DNA from: Candidatus Methylomirabilota bacterium | GTDB lineage: Bacteria; Methylomirabilota; Methylomirabilia; Rokubacteriales; CSP1-6 | Reading direction: 5' to 3' | DNA: 14,978 nt | NCBI GenBank assembly: GCA_046726415.1 | Contig: JBKPAK010000264.1 | Coordinates: 1-14,978 of the forward strand | Shown: piece after piece, positions 1 to 8,982 of the stretch | How positions within the stretch are numbered: position 1 is the stretch's first letter | Layout: each line of letters starts with the position of its first letter | Position numbers and translations under genes: made by a program | The notes under the pieces: model-generated | What the model was told of the DNA's origin: nothing | The model's input: only the letters and a program-made list of their open reading frames with translations | Databases searched by the model: none

Positions 1-696
1 CCCAAGCGCCTCTTCGGTGCCGCCGCCATCTCGCCGCACGACGTGACGAGCGCCGTCGCCGAGACGCGCCGCGCGGTGAAGGAGCTCGGGATGAAGGCCA
101 TCTTCCTCCGCCCCAACATCTTCAATGACCGGCCGTGGCACGACCGGTATTATGAGCCTCTCTGGACCGCCTGTCAGGAACTGAACGTGCCCGTGGGCTT
201 CCACGAGACCACGGGTTCCCGGATGAGGGCGGCGGGCACCGACCGCTTCCAGCAGATGGGTATTGTCCACATTTCGACGCATTCCGTGGAGCAGATGCTC
301 GCCTGCATGGACGTCATCATGGGCGGCGTGATGGAGCGCTTCCCGCGCCTGCGCTTCGCCTTCCTGGAGGCGCAGTGCGGCTGGCTGCCCTTCTGGCTCC
401 ATCGCATGGACGAGCATCGCGAGTGGCGCGAGCCATACGGTGAGATGTCCCACCTCTCCATGCCGCCATCGGAATACTTCCGCCGCCAGGGGTTCTGCGC
501 GGTGGAGTGCGACGAGGAGTTCGTGGAGCACGTGGTGGACGCCGTCGGCGACGACAACCTGGTCACCACCACCGACTATCCGCACGGGGATTCGAAATAC
601 CCGAAGGCCATGGACCGCTTCCTCACGCTGCCCCTGAGCGACGCGAGCAAGAAGAAGATCCTCTGGGACAACGTGCTCCGGCTCTACGCCCTCTAG
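1..696 (+). CDS. Amidohydrolase family protein (Amidohydro_2), 5'-truncated at window edge
   Basis: The frame is open from base 1 (PKRLFGAAAISPHDV...). Motifs: LRPN, 'YEPLWTACQELNVPVGFHE', 'GGVMERFPRLRFAFLEAQCGWLPFWLHRMD', 'PSEYFRRQ' and C-terminal 'TDYPHGD...KILWDN'. Stop TAG at 694-696. Confidence 0.9.
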   Translation, partial: PKRLFGAAAISPHDVTSAVAETRRAVKELGMKAIFLRPNIFNDRPWHDRYYEPLWTACQELNVPVGFHETTGSRMRAAGTDRFQQMGIVHISTHSVEQMLACMDVIMGGVMERFPRLRFAFLEAQCGWLPFWLHRMDEHREWREPYGEMSHLSMPPSEYFRRQGFCAVECDEEFVEHVVDAVGDDNLVTTTDYPHGDSKYPKAMDRFLTLPLSDASKKKILWDNVLRLYAL

Positions 697-700
697 GGCC

Positions 701-1612
701 GTGAAGCTCGGGTTCATCGGCGTTGGCAGCATCGGCCGCCCCATGGCCGCTCAGCTCCTGCGCGCCGGCCACCAGCTCACCGTGCACGACGTCCGCCGCG
801 AGAACGCTCGGGCACTGCTCGCCGCCGGGGCGAGCTGGGGCGACTCGCCGGCCGCCATCGCCGGCGACTGCGAGGTCGTGGCCACCTGTCTTCCCGGCCC
901 GATAGAAATGGAACAGGTCGCCCTGGGCCCGCGGGGGATCCTCGAAGGCATACGGCCCGGCGCTCTCTATATCGACCACACCACGAACTCACCACTGCTC
1001 GTGCGCCGCGTCCACGCGGCTCTCCAGGCGCGCGCCGCCGCGATGCTCGACGCCCCGGTGAGCGGCGGAACGGAAGGCGCTCAGACTCGCGACCTCCTGG
1101 TCATGGTCGGCGGGGAGCCCCCGGTGTTCGAATGGGCCCGCCCGATCCTTGAGGCCATCGCCGAGCGCGTCCGTCACGTCGGACCGATCGGCTGCGGCTC
1201 AGTCTGCAAGATCATGCACAATTGCGCCACCTTTACCCTTGACCTCACCATGGCCGAGTGCTGGACGGTCGCCATGAAGGCCGGGGTGGCCCCGGAGACC
1301 ATCGTCGACGTCTTCCAGAACGCGGCCCTCGGCCACATGATGAGCCTCAAAGTCCGTCTGCCCGCCACGTTCCTGCGCGGAAACTTCGACCCGCGCTTCG
1401 CCCTCAAACTCGCTCGAAAGGATCTCGGGCTGGCTCTCGAGCTCGCCCGCGTCCATGACACGCCGATGCGCTTGGGTGCCCTGTGCGAACAAGAAATGGC
1501 CGAAGCCATGGGCCGGGGCTGGGCCGAGCAGGACGCCTCGATCTTCCTCACCCTCCAGGAAGAGCGCGCTCAGGTCCAGGTGCGGGTGCCGGCGCCTGCT
1601 GCCGGCGCTTGA
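701..1612 (+). CDS. NAD(P)-dependent beta-hydroxyacid dehydrogenase (3-hydroxyisobutyrate / 2-hydroxy-3-oxopropionate reductase family)
   Basis: Rossmann motif 'GFIGVGSIGRPMA', substrate motif 'DAPVSGG', catalytic Lys in 'CKIMHN', and 'FALKLARKDLGLA'. The GTG start is 4 nt after the amidohydrolase stop. Confidence 0.92.
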   Translation: MKLGFIGVGSIGRPMAAQLLRAGHQLTVHDVRRENARALLAAGASWGDSPAAIAGDCEVVATCLPGPIEMEQVALGPRGILEGIRPGALYIDHTTNSPLLVRRVHAALQARAAAMLDAPVSGGTEGAQTRDLLVMVGGEPPVFEWARPILEAIAERVRHVGPIGCGSVCKIMHNCATFTLDLTMAECWTVAMKAGVAPETIVDVFQNAALGHMMSLKVRLPATFLRGNFDPRFALKLARKDLGLALELARVHDTPMRLGALCEQEMAEAMGRGWAEQDASIFLTLQEERAQVQVRVPAPAAGA

Positions 1613-1655
1613 ACAGGCCGTCGGTCAGCCGTCGCGGTGAGCCGTCGCGCGGAGA

Positions 1656-2009
1656 TCATTGGGGCAACGGGACGAAGACCGACACGCGCGGCTCCGGTCC
1701 GACCTCGCGCGTGACGTGCCCCTGACCCGTCACGTCCTCGGCGATCAGGACGTCGCCGGGGCCCAGCCGCCGCACCGTGCCGTCCCCGATCTCGATATCC
1801 ACGGCACCAGACAGCGTGAACACCGCCGCCCGGCCCGGCGCATGGTGCCAGGGATTGGACCGCGTCGCTTCGAAACGACGGATGATGATGCCGCTGCCGG
1901 GAATCAGCTCCGCGCCCTCGGACTTGTCGCCCCGCGTCTCGAACGGCGGATGGATCTCCTCGAAGTGCGACTGACCGTCGGATCCCGCATAGATGCGAAT
2001 GATCGCCAT
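1656..2009 (-). CDS. Small cupin-fold protein (117 aa)
   Basis: ATG at 2009 with GGAGAG RBS. Sequence 'MAIIRIYAGSDGQSHFEE...WHHAPGRAAVFTLSGAVDIEIGDGTVRRLGPGDVLIAEDVTGQGHVTR' has a cupin pattern. The longer ORF-track start at 2477 overlaps the VOC gene and is an artefact. Confidence 0.85.
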   Translation of the reverse strand: MAIIRIYAGSDGQSHFEEIHPPFETRGDKSEGAELIPGSGIIIRRFEATRSNPWHHAPGRAAVFTLSGAVDIEIGDGTVRRLGPGDVLIAEDVTGQGHVTREVGPEPRVSVFVPLPQ

Positions 2010-2228
2010 GTGCTCTCCGATCTCAAGATGACCTGGCCGCCGAGATGCGGCACTCGGTGAGCGAGGTCGAGCTGTGAACCAGCCGGCAGGGTATTGTGAG
2101 CTGCGCCGCCCGCACGCGTGAGCCCCTCGCCCCGCGGTATCATTCCAGGAGATATCGAGAATCCGACAGGGGGGAATATCAATGGCGGCCGGCGCGGCGC
2201 GCACGAGCGCCATCCCGAGGAGGACTCC

Positions 2229-2705
2229 ATGCCACTGACCGAGCTGAATCACTACTTCGTGCGGGCCAACGATCTCGAGAAGACCAAGGACTTCTACTGC
2301 GACGTGCTCGGCTTCGAGGTGATGCCACGGCCCAACTTCCCGTTCCCCGGTTACTGGCTCGGGGTGAACGGCAAGATCCAGGTCCACATGGGGCCGGACG
2401 GCATCGACAATGCCCATCTGTACTACCTCGGCACACCGAAGAGCGCCGCCACCGACCACGCCGGCGTCGTCGACCACATCGCCTTCCTGGCCAGCGAGCC
2501 GGGCGCCTTCATCCGGCGCTTCAAGGAGCGCGGCGTCGAGTACCGGCCGCGATCATTCCCGGAGTCCGACCTCTACCAGATCTTTGTCACCGACCCGAAC
2601 GGGCTCACCATCGAGCTGAACTTCTTCGGACTCAAGGAGATCGCGGACTGGGGCGGAGAGGACTACGCGAAGATGCCCCAGGTCGCGGAGATGCGCGCAG
2701 GCTAA
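2229..2705 (+). CDS. VOC family (glyoxalase/bleomycin resistance/dioxygenase) protein, 158 aa
   Basis: GAGGAGGA RBS before ATG 2229. Motifs 'LNHYFVRANDLEKTKDFYCDVLG', 'VDHIAF' and 'QIFVTDPNGLTIELNF' supply the His/His/Glu metal ligands. Confidence 0.9.
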   Translation: MPLTELNHYFVRANDLEKTKDFYCDVLGFEVMPRPNFPFPGYWLGVNGKIQVHMGPDGIDNAHLYYLGTPKSAATDHAGVVDHIAFLASEPGAFIRRFKERGVEYRPRSFPESDLYQIFVTDPNGLTIELNFFGLKEIADWGGEDYAKMPQVAEMRAG

Positions 2706-2769
2706 CCCGGAGGGTGACATCTGGGAGCCCGATGCCGGCGCAGAATCTTCTGGCGTGTGAAGCGGTGAG

Positions 2770-3969
2770 ATGACCCGACTCATGCAGGGATTCCCGCCGG
2801 CCCCGGACCAGCAGGTCACCTTGGCTAACTGGCGAGCGTCGCCGTTCAACCGGTGGGCATTTCATCATGTGCGGGAGATCGTGCCGTCCGCAGACATCCC
2901 GAACGATCCCGCCCGTGCCGCAGTGTTTCCGGCGAGTCCCCTCGATCTTGGGGTGATCGAAGCGGACGGGGAGAAACGGCTGACGTTCGCCGAGTTCCTG
3001 GACGAGACCGACACCGACGGTCTGGTCATCGTCAACCGCGGCCAGGTTGTGTGCGAGTACTACGCAAACGGGACGACTGCCGAGACACCGCACATCCTCA
3101 TGTCGGTGTCGAAATCGCTGCTGGGTCTGCTGGCTGGTGTCGCGGTCGCCCGAGGCGAACTCGCGCCCGATCGCCTCGTGACGGACTACATCCCAGAAGT
3201 CGCGGAGACGGCCTACCGGGGAGCCAGCATCCGCCAGCTCCTCGACATGCGGGCCGGCATTGCCTTCGACGAGGACTACCTCGCGGCCTCGGGTGCGATC
3301 ATCGCCTACAGGAAAGCGGCCAACTGGACCCCCCTCGAACCAGGCGAGCCCCCCGCGGACTTGCGCTCGTTCTACCGCGAGTTGACGAAATCGGCGGGGC
3401 CGCATGGCGGACCCTTTACATATGTGTCGCCGAATACCGATCTGCTCGGCTGGGTGATCGAGCGGGCGACGGGCCGCCGATATGCCGATCTGATGAGCGA
3501 GGCGCTCTGGAAGCCCATGGGGGCCGGGCACAGTGCCTACATCACGGTGGATCGGCTAGGGGCGCCGCGCTGTGCGGGAGGCGTGTGCGCAACCGTTCGC
3601 GACCTCGCGCGCGTCGGTCAGCTGATCGTGGAAGGAGGGGCGCGCGGCAGTACGCAGATCATTCCCGAGAGCTGGATCGAAGACGTGGTGGGCCATGGCG
3701 ATCCGGCGGCCTGGGCTGCCGGCAACGGTGTCGAGTATTTTCCCGGCCTCCCCATGCGCTATCGCAGCCAGTGGTACCTCCACGACGGTGAGGATCCCAT
3801 GCTGTTCGGCCTGGGCATCCACGGACAGAACCTGTTCGTCGATCGCCGGCAGGGGATCGTCATCGCGAAGGTCTCCTCTCAGGCACTGCCGCTGGACGGC
3901 CAGCGCATCGCGTTGACCATGCGCGCGGTGGCGAGGATCCGGAGGTTCCTCGCCAGCGCGTCGAGGTGA
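2770..3969 (+). CDS. Beta-lactamase-class serine hydrolase, NylB (6-aminohexanoate-dimer hydrolase)-like
   Basis: SxxK motif 'MSVSKS', 'QLLDMRAG', 'FTYVSPNTDLLGW', 'RDLARVGQL' and 'GIHGQNLFVD'. The N-terminus 'MQGFPP...VTLANWR.SPFNRWAF' is typical of NylB-like proteins. Confidence 0.88.
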   Translation: MTRLMQGFPPAPDQQVTLANWRASPFNRWAFHHVREIVPSADIPNDPARAAVFPASPLDLGVIEADGEKRLTFAEFLDETDTDGLVIVNRGQVVCEYYANGTTAETPHILMSVSKSLLGLLAGVAVARGELAPDRLVTDYIPEVAETAYRGASIRQLLDMRAGIAFDEDYLAASGAIIAYRKAANWTPLEPGEPPADLRSFYRELTKSAGPHGGPFTYVSPNTDLLGWVIERATGRRYADLMSEALWKPMGAGHSAYITVDRLGAPRCAGGVCATVRDLARVGQLIVEGGARGSTQIIPESWIEDVVGHGDPAAWAAGNGVEYFPGLPMRYRSQWYLHDGEDPMLFGLGIHGQNLFVDRRQGIVIAKVSSQALPLDGQRIALTMRAVARIRRFLASASR

Positions 3970-3980
3970 GGGCCGCCCCG

Positions 3981-5186
3981 CTATCGCTCGGCGGCGACGC
4001 GGCGCCCGCCCCTCTCCGGGTCTGCCTGATACGCCTTGATGGCCGGGATAACCTCCTGGGTCATGAGGTCGATGGCGTGCATGGCGACCTCGTGAGACAT
4101 CAGACCTTCACGGCCCCAGAGGACCATGTATCCCGGGTCCACGACGTCGATGATGCGCTTCAGCTTCTTGATCACGGTGTCGGGGTTGCCGGACACGATC
4201 TGGTACGTGGCATGCGCCTCCTCATAGCTGAGGCTCGGGCCGCCCGGAGTGACATTGGCCGCGCCCACCCGCGCCTGTTCGCGCCGGCTCTGCCTGGCCT
4301 CCCGGCTCACGTACCCTGGAGGCTGCAGCCAGTGGCGAGGGGCCACCCCGAACGACGTCCCTAGTTGCCAGAAGAAGTGCCGCCCCTGCTCGTAGGCCTC
4401 TTCGTCGGTGTCGGCCACGCTCGCCCGGATGACGTATCCGCGCTGTTCAGAGGTCGGCGTGAAACCTGAGCTGGTCGCCACCTCGTCGTAGAGATCGTAG
4501 ATCTCGTCGATGACGTTCAAGGGCGGAGCTAGGGCCACGTACGGGTAGCGGTGCTCGGCGGCCCACCTGACCGACTCCGGGCTCACCACCCCGGGAATCC
4601 AGATGGGGGGATGGGGCTTTTGCAGGGGCCTCACCCACGGGTTGACCACGCGGTAGTCGTAGTGCTTGCCCTCCCAGCGGAAGGGCCCGGGCGTGGTCCA
4701 GGCCTTGATGATCACGTTGTGGGCTTCGTCGAACCGCTCCCGGTTGTAGATCGGATTGGTGTTGGTGGCGATGCTTTCCTGGCCGAGACCGCGGACGAAC
4801 CCGCAGACCACCCGCCCACCCGAGATGATGTCGATCATGGCGACCTCTTCGGCCACCCGCAGGGGGTTGTCATGGATGGGCAGCACGTTGCCCAGAAAGA
4901 CGATCCGGCCCTTCGTAGTCGTTCTGGCCAAGACGGCGCCGATGACGTTGACCGATGGCATCATGGAGAGCGGGTTGTTGTGGTGCTCGTTGATCATGAC
5001 CCCATCGAAGCCGGCCTCCGTGCAGTACTGCAGCTCGTCGAAGTACATGCCGTAGAGCTGCTGCGCGCGCTCGGGGCGGAAATGCTCGTTGGGAAACATC
5101 AAGTTGTTGTAGCCCCGCCGTCGCGCTTCATCCTGGGGGTACGCCGTATACCCCATCTCGGTGAAGAAGTAGACCTCCTTGACCAT
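3981..5186 (-). CDS. LLM-class (luciferase-like) flavin-dependent oxidoreductase
   Basis: AGGAGG RBS. Motifs 'GFDGVMINEHH', 'PLRVAEEVAMIDIISGGR..GFVRG', 'RERFDEA' and 'PLQKPHPPIW'. Confidence 0.92.
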   Translation of the reverse strand: MVKEVYFFTEMGYTAYPQDEARRRGYNNLMFPNEHFRPERAQQLYGMYFDELQYCTEAGFDGVMINEHHNNPLSMMPSVNVIGAVLARTTTKGRIVFLGNVLPIHDNPLRVAEEVAMIDIISGGRVVCGFVRGLGQESIATNTNPIYNRERFDEAHNVIIKAWTTPGPFRWEGKHYDYRVVNPWVRPLQKPHPPIWIPGVVSPESVRWAAEHRYPYVALAPPLNVIDEIYDLYDEVATSSGFTPTSEQRGYVIRASVADTDEEAYEQGRHFFWQLGTSFGVAPRHWLQPPGYVSREARQSRREQARVGAANVTPGGPSLSYEEAHATYQIVSGNPDTVIKKLKRIIDVVDPGYMVLWGREGLMSHEVAMHAIDLMTQEVIPAIKAYQADPERGGRRVAAER

Positions 5187-5213
5187 ACCGGGCCTCCTGA
5201 TCTGGTCGTCGCT

Positions 5214-6026
5214 TCAGGCGCGGGGCGCGAGGAAGTCGAGCACCGCCTGCACGAATGCCCCGGGCTGCTCCATTTCTGGATGATGGCCACACCGGTCCAG
5301 GACCTTGGCCGTCGCCCCTGGTATCGCCCGCACGTAGCGCTCGCACACGTTGAGGGGGATGATCGCGTCCTCGCGTCCCCAGAGCACGAGAGTGGGCGTG
5401 GCGACGCTTCGCAACAAGTCGGGCAAGGTGTGGCTCCGCATGTACGGCTTCCAGAGGAGGCGAGCCGCCATCTCTCGGTTCCGCTCCACCTGGGCGTCTT
5501 CGTCCGGCGTGAAGGCCGCGCCGTAGTACTGGGCATACTCCGGGGACTGGGCCGGATCGCAGAACGCCTGGGCAAACGCCTCTCGGCTCGAGTGGACGAA
5601 GTAGTCCCAGACCTGGCCTTCCTCCGGTTGCAGGCCCGCCGCGGCCACCAGCACGATCTTGGTAAAGAGGAACGCGTTCACCGTGGCGATCTCCGCGGCA
5701 ATCCAGCCACCGAGGGAGAACCCGATGACCGGCAGCGGCTGCGACAGCTTCAGGTCGCGGACAAACCAGGTCACCCAGGCGGCGAGGTCGCGCACGGTGA
5801 CGATCCAGTCCGGGCGCTCGGACTGCCCAAACCCGGGGAGCGCCGGCACGTATACCGTGAAGTGCTGCGCGAGCAGCGCATACGCACGGAGCCAGCCCGG
5901 CACGCCCAGCTCGCTGTGGAGGACGAGCACGGGCTTTCCGGTACCACCGCGGCGGAGCTGAACGCGGACGCCGGCGGCGTTCACGAACTCCTCGGTGAAG
6001 GTGTCGGTCGGCGAAACGGATGTCAA
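5214..6026 (-). CDS. Alpha/beta-fold hydrolase (~270 aa)
   Basis: C-terminal part of ORF 5214..7136. Probable TTG start at 6026 overlaps the upstream TGA (TTGA) and follows an AAGGA RBS. Contains 'LPGFGQS', nucleophile elbow 'GFSLGG', Asp in 'WGREDAII' and His in 'CGHHPEME'. The exact start is uncertain. Confidence 0.88.
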   Translation of the reverse strand: MTSVSPTDTFTEEFVNAAGVRVQLRRGGTGKPVLVLHSELGVPGWLRAYALLAQHFTVYVPALPGFGQSERPDWIVTVRDLAAWVTWFVRDLKLSQPLPVIGFSLGGWIAAEIATVNAFLFTKIVLVAAAGLQPEEGQVWDYFVHSSREAFAQAFCDPAQSPEYAQYYGAAFTPDEDAQVERNREMAARLLWKPYMRSHTLPDLLRSVATPTLVLWGREDAIIPLNVCERYVRAIPGATAKVLDRCGHHPEMEQPGAFVQAVLDFLAPRA

Positions 6027-7444
6027 CGCACGTCCTTGACGCGCTTGGCCTTGAACTCCGTCTTTGGCAGCGTCCCGTACGGGCGTACCTGGACCACCGG
6101 ACGAAGCTCGCACCGGGACACGATCTCGGTCTCCACCTTCCTGACGATGGCCGGGTGCTGCGCGACCGAGATCTCCGGGCGTGGCTCCACGAGCACGGTC
6201 AGCACATCGAGCTCTTTCTCGCGGCTGATCACCAGCTGGAATTCCTCGCCGATCTCGGCCACGCGGCGCACCGCGTCCTCGATGGCACTGGGGAACACGG
6301 TGACCCCGCGGATGTTGAGCATGTCGTCGGCCCGGCCGAGAAACCCACCCAGCGCGCGGAGGTGCGTGCGGCCGCAGTCGCAGCGCGCGTGGCTGAAGGT
6401 CGTGAAGTCGCCGACGAGAAAGCGGATCTGCGGGGAGGATTCCGAGCAGAGATTCGTCACCACCGACAGCCCGCGCTGGCCGGGTGGCACCGGACGAAGG
6501 CTGATTGGATCGACCGTCTCCCAGATGGCCGTGTCTTCCATGAGGTGCGTGCTGGCCGGGCCGTCCTTCCCGCGCGCCACGGCGGCACAGGTGTAACCGC
6601 CGGCCGCGGGCGACGCCTCGGTGCAGCCGTAGAACTCGTGCAGCTCTGCCTGCCACAGCTCTTCCAGCCGGCGTCGAGTGGCGGGGATGCTGAAGCCCGG
6701 CTCGCCGGCGCAGAAGAGATAGCGCACGGCGCTGGCCGCCGGGTCGAGATCCATATCGCGCATCAGGTGGCCGAGGTAGAGCGCGTACGAGGGCGTGCAG
6801 GCCAGGATCGTCGGTCGATACTCGTGCACGAACCGCGCGCGGGCGCGGGAGTCGAGGCCCCCGGCCGTCACGATCGGGATTCCCATCAGGTCCAGCGCAT
6901 AGTGGACGCCCCAGAGCCACACGTGGGGCCCATACCCGAACGCGAGGAGCGCGCTGTCGCGGCCGGGGCGGAAGCCCATGGCCCACATCGCCCGCGCGTT
7001 GGCCCACGTCCACAGGCTGCGATCGAACCTGGTATAGCGGAAGGCGCGCGGCCGCGCCGTCGTGCCGGAGCTCGCAAAGACCTGCCAACCGCGTCGCGTC
7101 CAAATCGCGTCGTCGACCGCGGTGTACGTGCCCCACGGCGGGTTATTCGCGATGTCGTCGGCCATCTCCTGCTTCGTGGTGAGGGGGATCTTCTGCAGAT
7201 CGGCGACCGAGGCGATGTCGCCTGGCTTCAGGCCGACCGCGTCGAACCGCCGCCGATAGAAGGGAATGCATTCGTAGGTGTACCGAATGGCGACCCGCAG
7301 CTTCTCGCTCTGGATGGCGCGGAGCTCGTCCGGCGAGGCGGTGTCCAGCCGCACCGCCCAGAACTGCTCGCTCTCCGGCTGCATCCAATTCCCGCCGCGA
7401 TGCCGCTCGAGCGTCGCGAGCCACTCTGCTCGGATGTCGCCCAT
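6023..7444 (-). CDS. Phenylacetate--CoA ligase family (PaaK-like) adenylate-forming enzyme
   Basis: Motifs 'SSGTTARP', 'YRPTILACTPSYALYL', 'AGEPG', 'FYGCTE', 'IRFLVGD' and 'GRADDMLNIRGVTVFPSAIE'. ATG 7444 follows GGAGG; ATG 7456 is an alternative start. Confidence 0.9.
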   Translation of the reverse strand: MGDIRAEWLATLERHRGGNWMQPESEQFWAVRLDTASPDELRAIQSEKLRVAIRYTYECIPFYRRRFDAVGLKPGDIASVADLQKIPLTTKQEMADDIANNPPWGTYTAVDDAIWTRRGWQVFASSGTTARPRAFRYTRFDRSLWTWANARAMWAMGFRPGRDSALLAFGYGPHVWLWGVHYALDLMGIPIVTAGGLDSRARARFVHEYRPTILACTPSYALYLGHLMRDMDLDPAASAVRYLFCAGEPGFSIPATRRRLEELWQAELHEFYGCTEASPAAGGYTCAAVARGKDGPASTHLMEDTAIWETVDPISLRPVPPGQRGLSVVTNLCSESSPQIRFLVGDFTTFSHARCDCGRTHLRALGGFLGRADDMLNIRGVTVFPSAIEDAVRRVAEIGEEFQLVISREKELDVLTVLVEPRPEISVAQHPAIVRKVETEIVSRCELRPVVQVRPYGTLPKTEFKAKRVKDVR

Positions 7445-7465
7445 AGGGCCTCCCATAATGGGCGT

Positions 7466-7494
7466 ACGCTAGGGCGCGGGGCGACGACTGTCAA
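7466..7494 (-). promoter_or_regulatory. Sigma70-type promoter for the CoA ligase-hydrolase-LLM operon
   Basis: On the minus strand: TTGACA (7494-7489), a 17-nt spacer, then TAGCGT (7471-7466), about 21 nt upstream of ATG 7444. Confidence 0.7.
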
Positions 7495-7522
7495 CCGCCC
7501 GTGCCCGAAGGAGAAGCACATC

Positions 7523-8923
7523 ATGGCGTCGCTCAGCCGACAGCTCGCGCGATGGGTCGTTGGTCTGCGCTATGACGATCTCCCGCCCGAGGTGGTCGAT
7601 CGCGCCAAGGGCCTCACGCTGCACGGCCTCGCGTCCGTGCTCCTGGGGTCGCACTCCCCGGACGGTCAGCAGGCCGTGAGACTCATCGCCGAAGAGGACG
7701 CCGGCGTGGAAAACGGCGCCACCATCATGGTGCACGGCACGCGAGCGACGAAGGGCGGGGCCGCCTTTGCCAACTCGGAGATGCTGCTGGCCGGCGGGAA
7801 GTGGGACACCTTTCGCATGCTGACCCACCCCGGCACGAGCATCATCCCGGGCGCCTTCGTCGCGGCGGAGACGGCGGGCGCCTCCGGTCGGGATTTCATC
7901 ACGGGCCTCGCGGCCGGCTACGAGGTCATGGAGCGGATGGCCGCCGATTTCATCCCCACGGTGATGGCCCGGGGCTTCCACGCCGGTCCCGTGTTCGGCA
8001 TCTTTGGCTCCGCCGTTGCCGCCGCGAAGATGATGCGCTGCACCGAGGACCAGGTGAACAGCGCCATCGCCCTCTGCGCCAGCTTGGCGGGAGGCAATCT
8101 GGAAGGCCCCCGGAGCGGCGGCCGCGCGCTTCGCGAGGGCGCCGCAGTTCGCAACGCCATGACCGCGGTCGCCTTGGCCAAGCACGGGCACGTGGGAGGC
8201 GAGACCGTCCTCGAAGGCGACGCCGGCTTCTATCACGCCTACGCGGGCAACAACAAGGGCCAGCTCACCTATAGCTTCGTGGGCGACACCCACACCAGTC
8301 TGGATGCGATCACCGCGGGCCTGGGCAAGGAGTGGATGTTTCTCGAGACGCTGTACCGCATCTACTCGACGGCCGGCTACAACATCGCCCACATCGACGT
8401 CACCGCGACGCTCTGCGAGGAGCGCGATATCCGGTATGAGGACGTCGATCGCATCGAGGCCGTGGTGAATTGGCTGGAGACGCAGTACCCCAGCCCGGCC
8501 TTCCCGAGCCGCCGAGAAGACGCTGAGGCGAGGCCGGGGAGCACTCCGTACTTCACCGCGTACGGTGTCGTGAAGCGCGGCTTCCCCGTGCTACGGGGAC
8601 AGCCCGTCGATCCGGCCGGCGCCGACGACCCGCCCGAGGTCCTGGAGCTGATGAAGCGGGTGACGATCATCCCGTCCCACCGGATGACGCTCTTCGGTCC
8701 CCGGATCACCATCTACACCAGGGACGGCCGGAGCCACACCAAGCAGTCCACCGGCCGCGAGTTCATGTGGGACTTCGCCGAGGAGAGCCGCCGTATTCGC
8801 GACGTGCTGCCCGGCCTCCCCATCCCACCGGAGCAGTTCGAGGACATCATCGCGACCTGCCGCGAGCTCGACCGACGCGACCGGGCCGACCGGCTCATCC
8901 GGCTGACCCTGAAGAACGGGTGA
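7523..8923 (+). CDS. MmgE/PrpD family protein (466 aa)
   Basis: AAGGAG RBS before ATG 7523. N-terminus 'LARWVVGLRYDDLPPEVVDRAK', then 'AAFANS', 'HPGTSIIPGA', 'GYEVMERM', 'RGFHAGPVFG' and 'VLEGDAGFY'. The first ~500 aa of ORF-track 6020..8923 is antisense shadow. Confidence 0.88.
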   Translation: MASLSRQLARWVVGLRYDDLPPEVVDRAKGLTLHGLASVLLGSHSPDGQQAVRLIAEEDAGVENGATIMVHGTRATKGGAAFANSEMLLAGGKWDTFRMLTHPGTSIIPGAFVAAETAGASGRDFITGLAAGYEVMERMAADFIPTVMARGFHAGPVFGIFGSAVAAAKMMRCTEDQVNSAIALCASLAGGNLEGPRSGGRALREGAAVRNAMTAVALAKHGHVGGETVLEGDAGFYHAYAGNNKGQLTYSFVGDTHTSLDAITAGLGKEWMFLETLYRIYSTAGYNIAHIDVTATLCEERDIRYEDVDRIEAVVNWLETQYPSPAFPSRREDAEARPGSTPYFTAYGVVKRGFPVLRGQPVDPAGADDPPEVLELMKRVTIIPSHRMTLFGPRITIYTRDGRSHTKQSTGREFMWDFAEESRRIRDVLPGLPIPPEQFEDIIATCRELDRRDRADRLIRLTLKNG

Positions 8924-8982
8924 GCCGAATCGCAGCGATCGTTGGGGAAGGCCGACATCCACCCGGTAAAGGCGGTGTCCGG

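Noticed and set aside
4551-6596. 681-aa plus-strand ORF
   Set aside because: It is antisense to the LLM, hydrolase and ligase genes and has no motifs. Long shadow ORFs are expected in high-GC DNA.
5214-7136. 640-aa ORF as a ligase-hydrolase fusion or frameshift product
   Set aside because: The N-terminal ~370 aa is an Arg/Gly/Pro-rich off-frame reading of the ligase gene. The ligase ends normally at 6023 and the hydrolase has a coupled TTG start.
6020-8923. 967-aa ORF as a giant MmgE/PrpD fusion
   Set aside because: The part before 7523 is the antisense shadow of the CoA ligase gene. The real start has its own RBS at ATG 7523.
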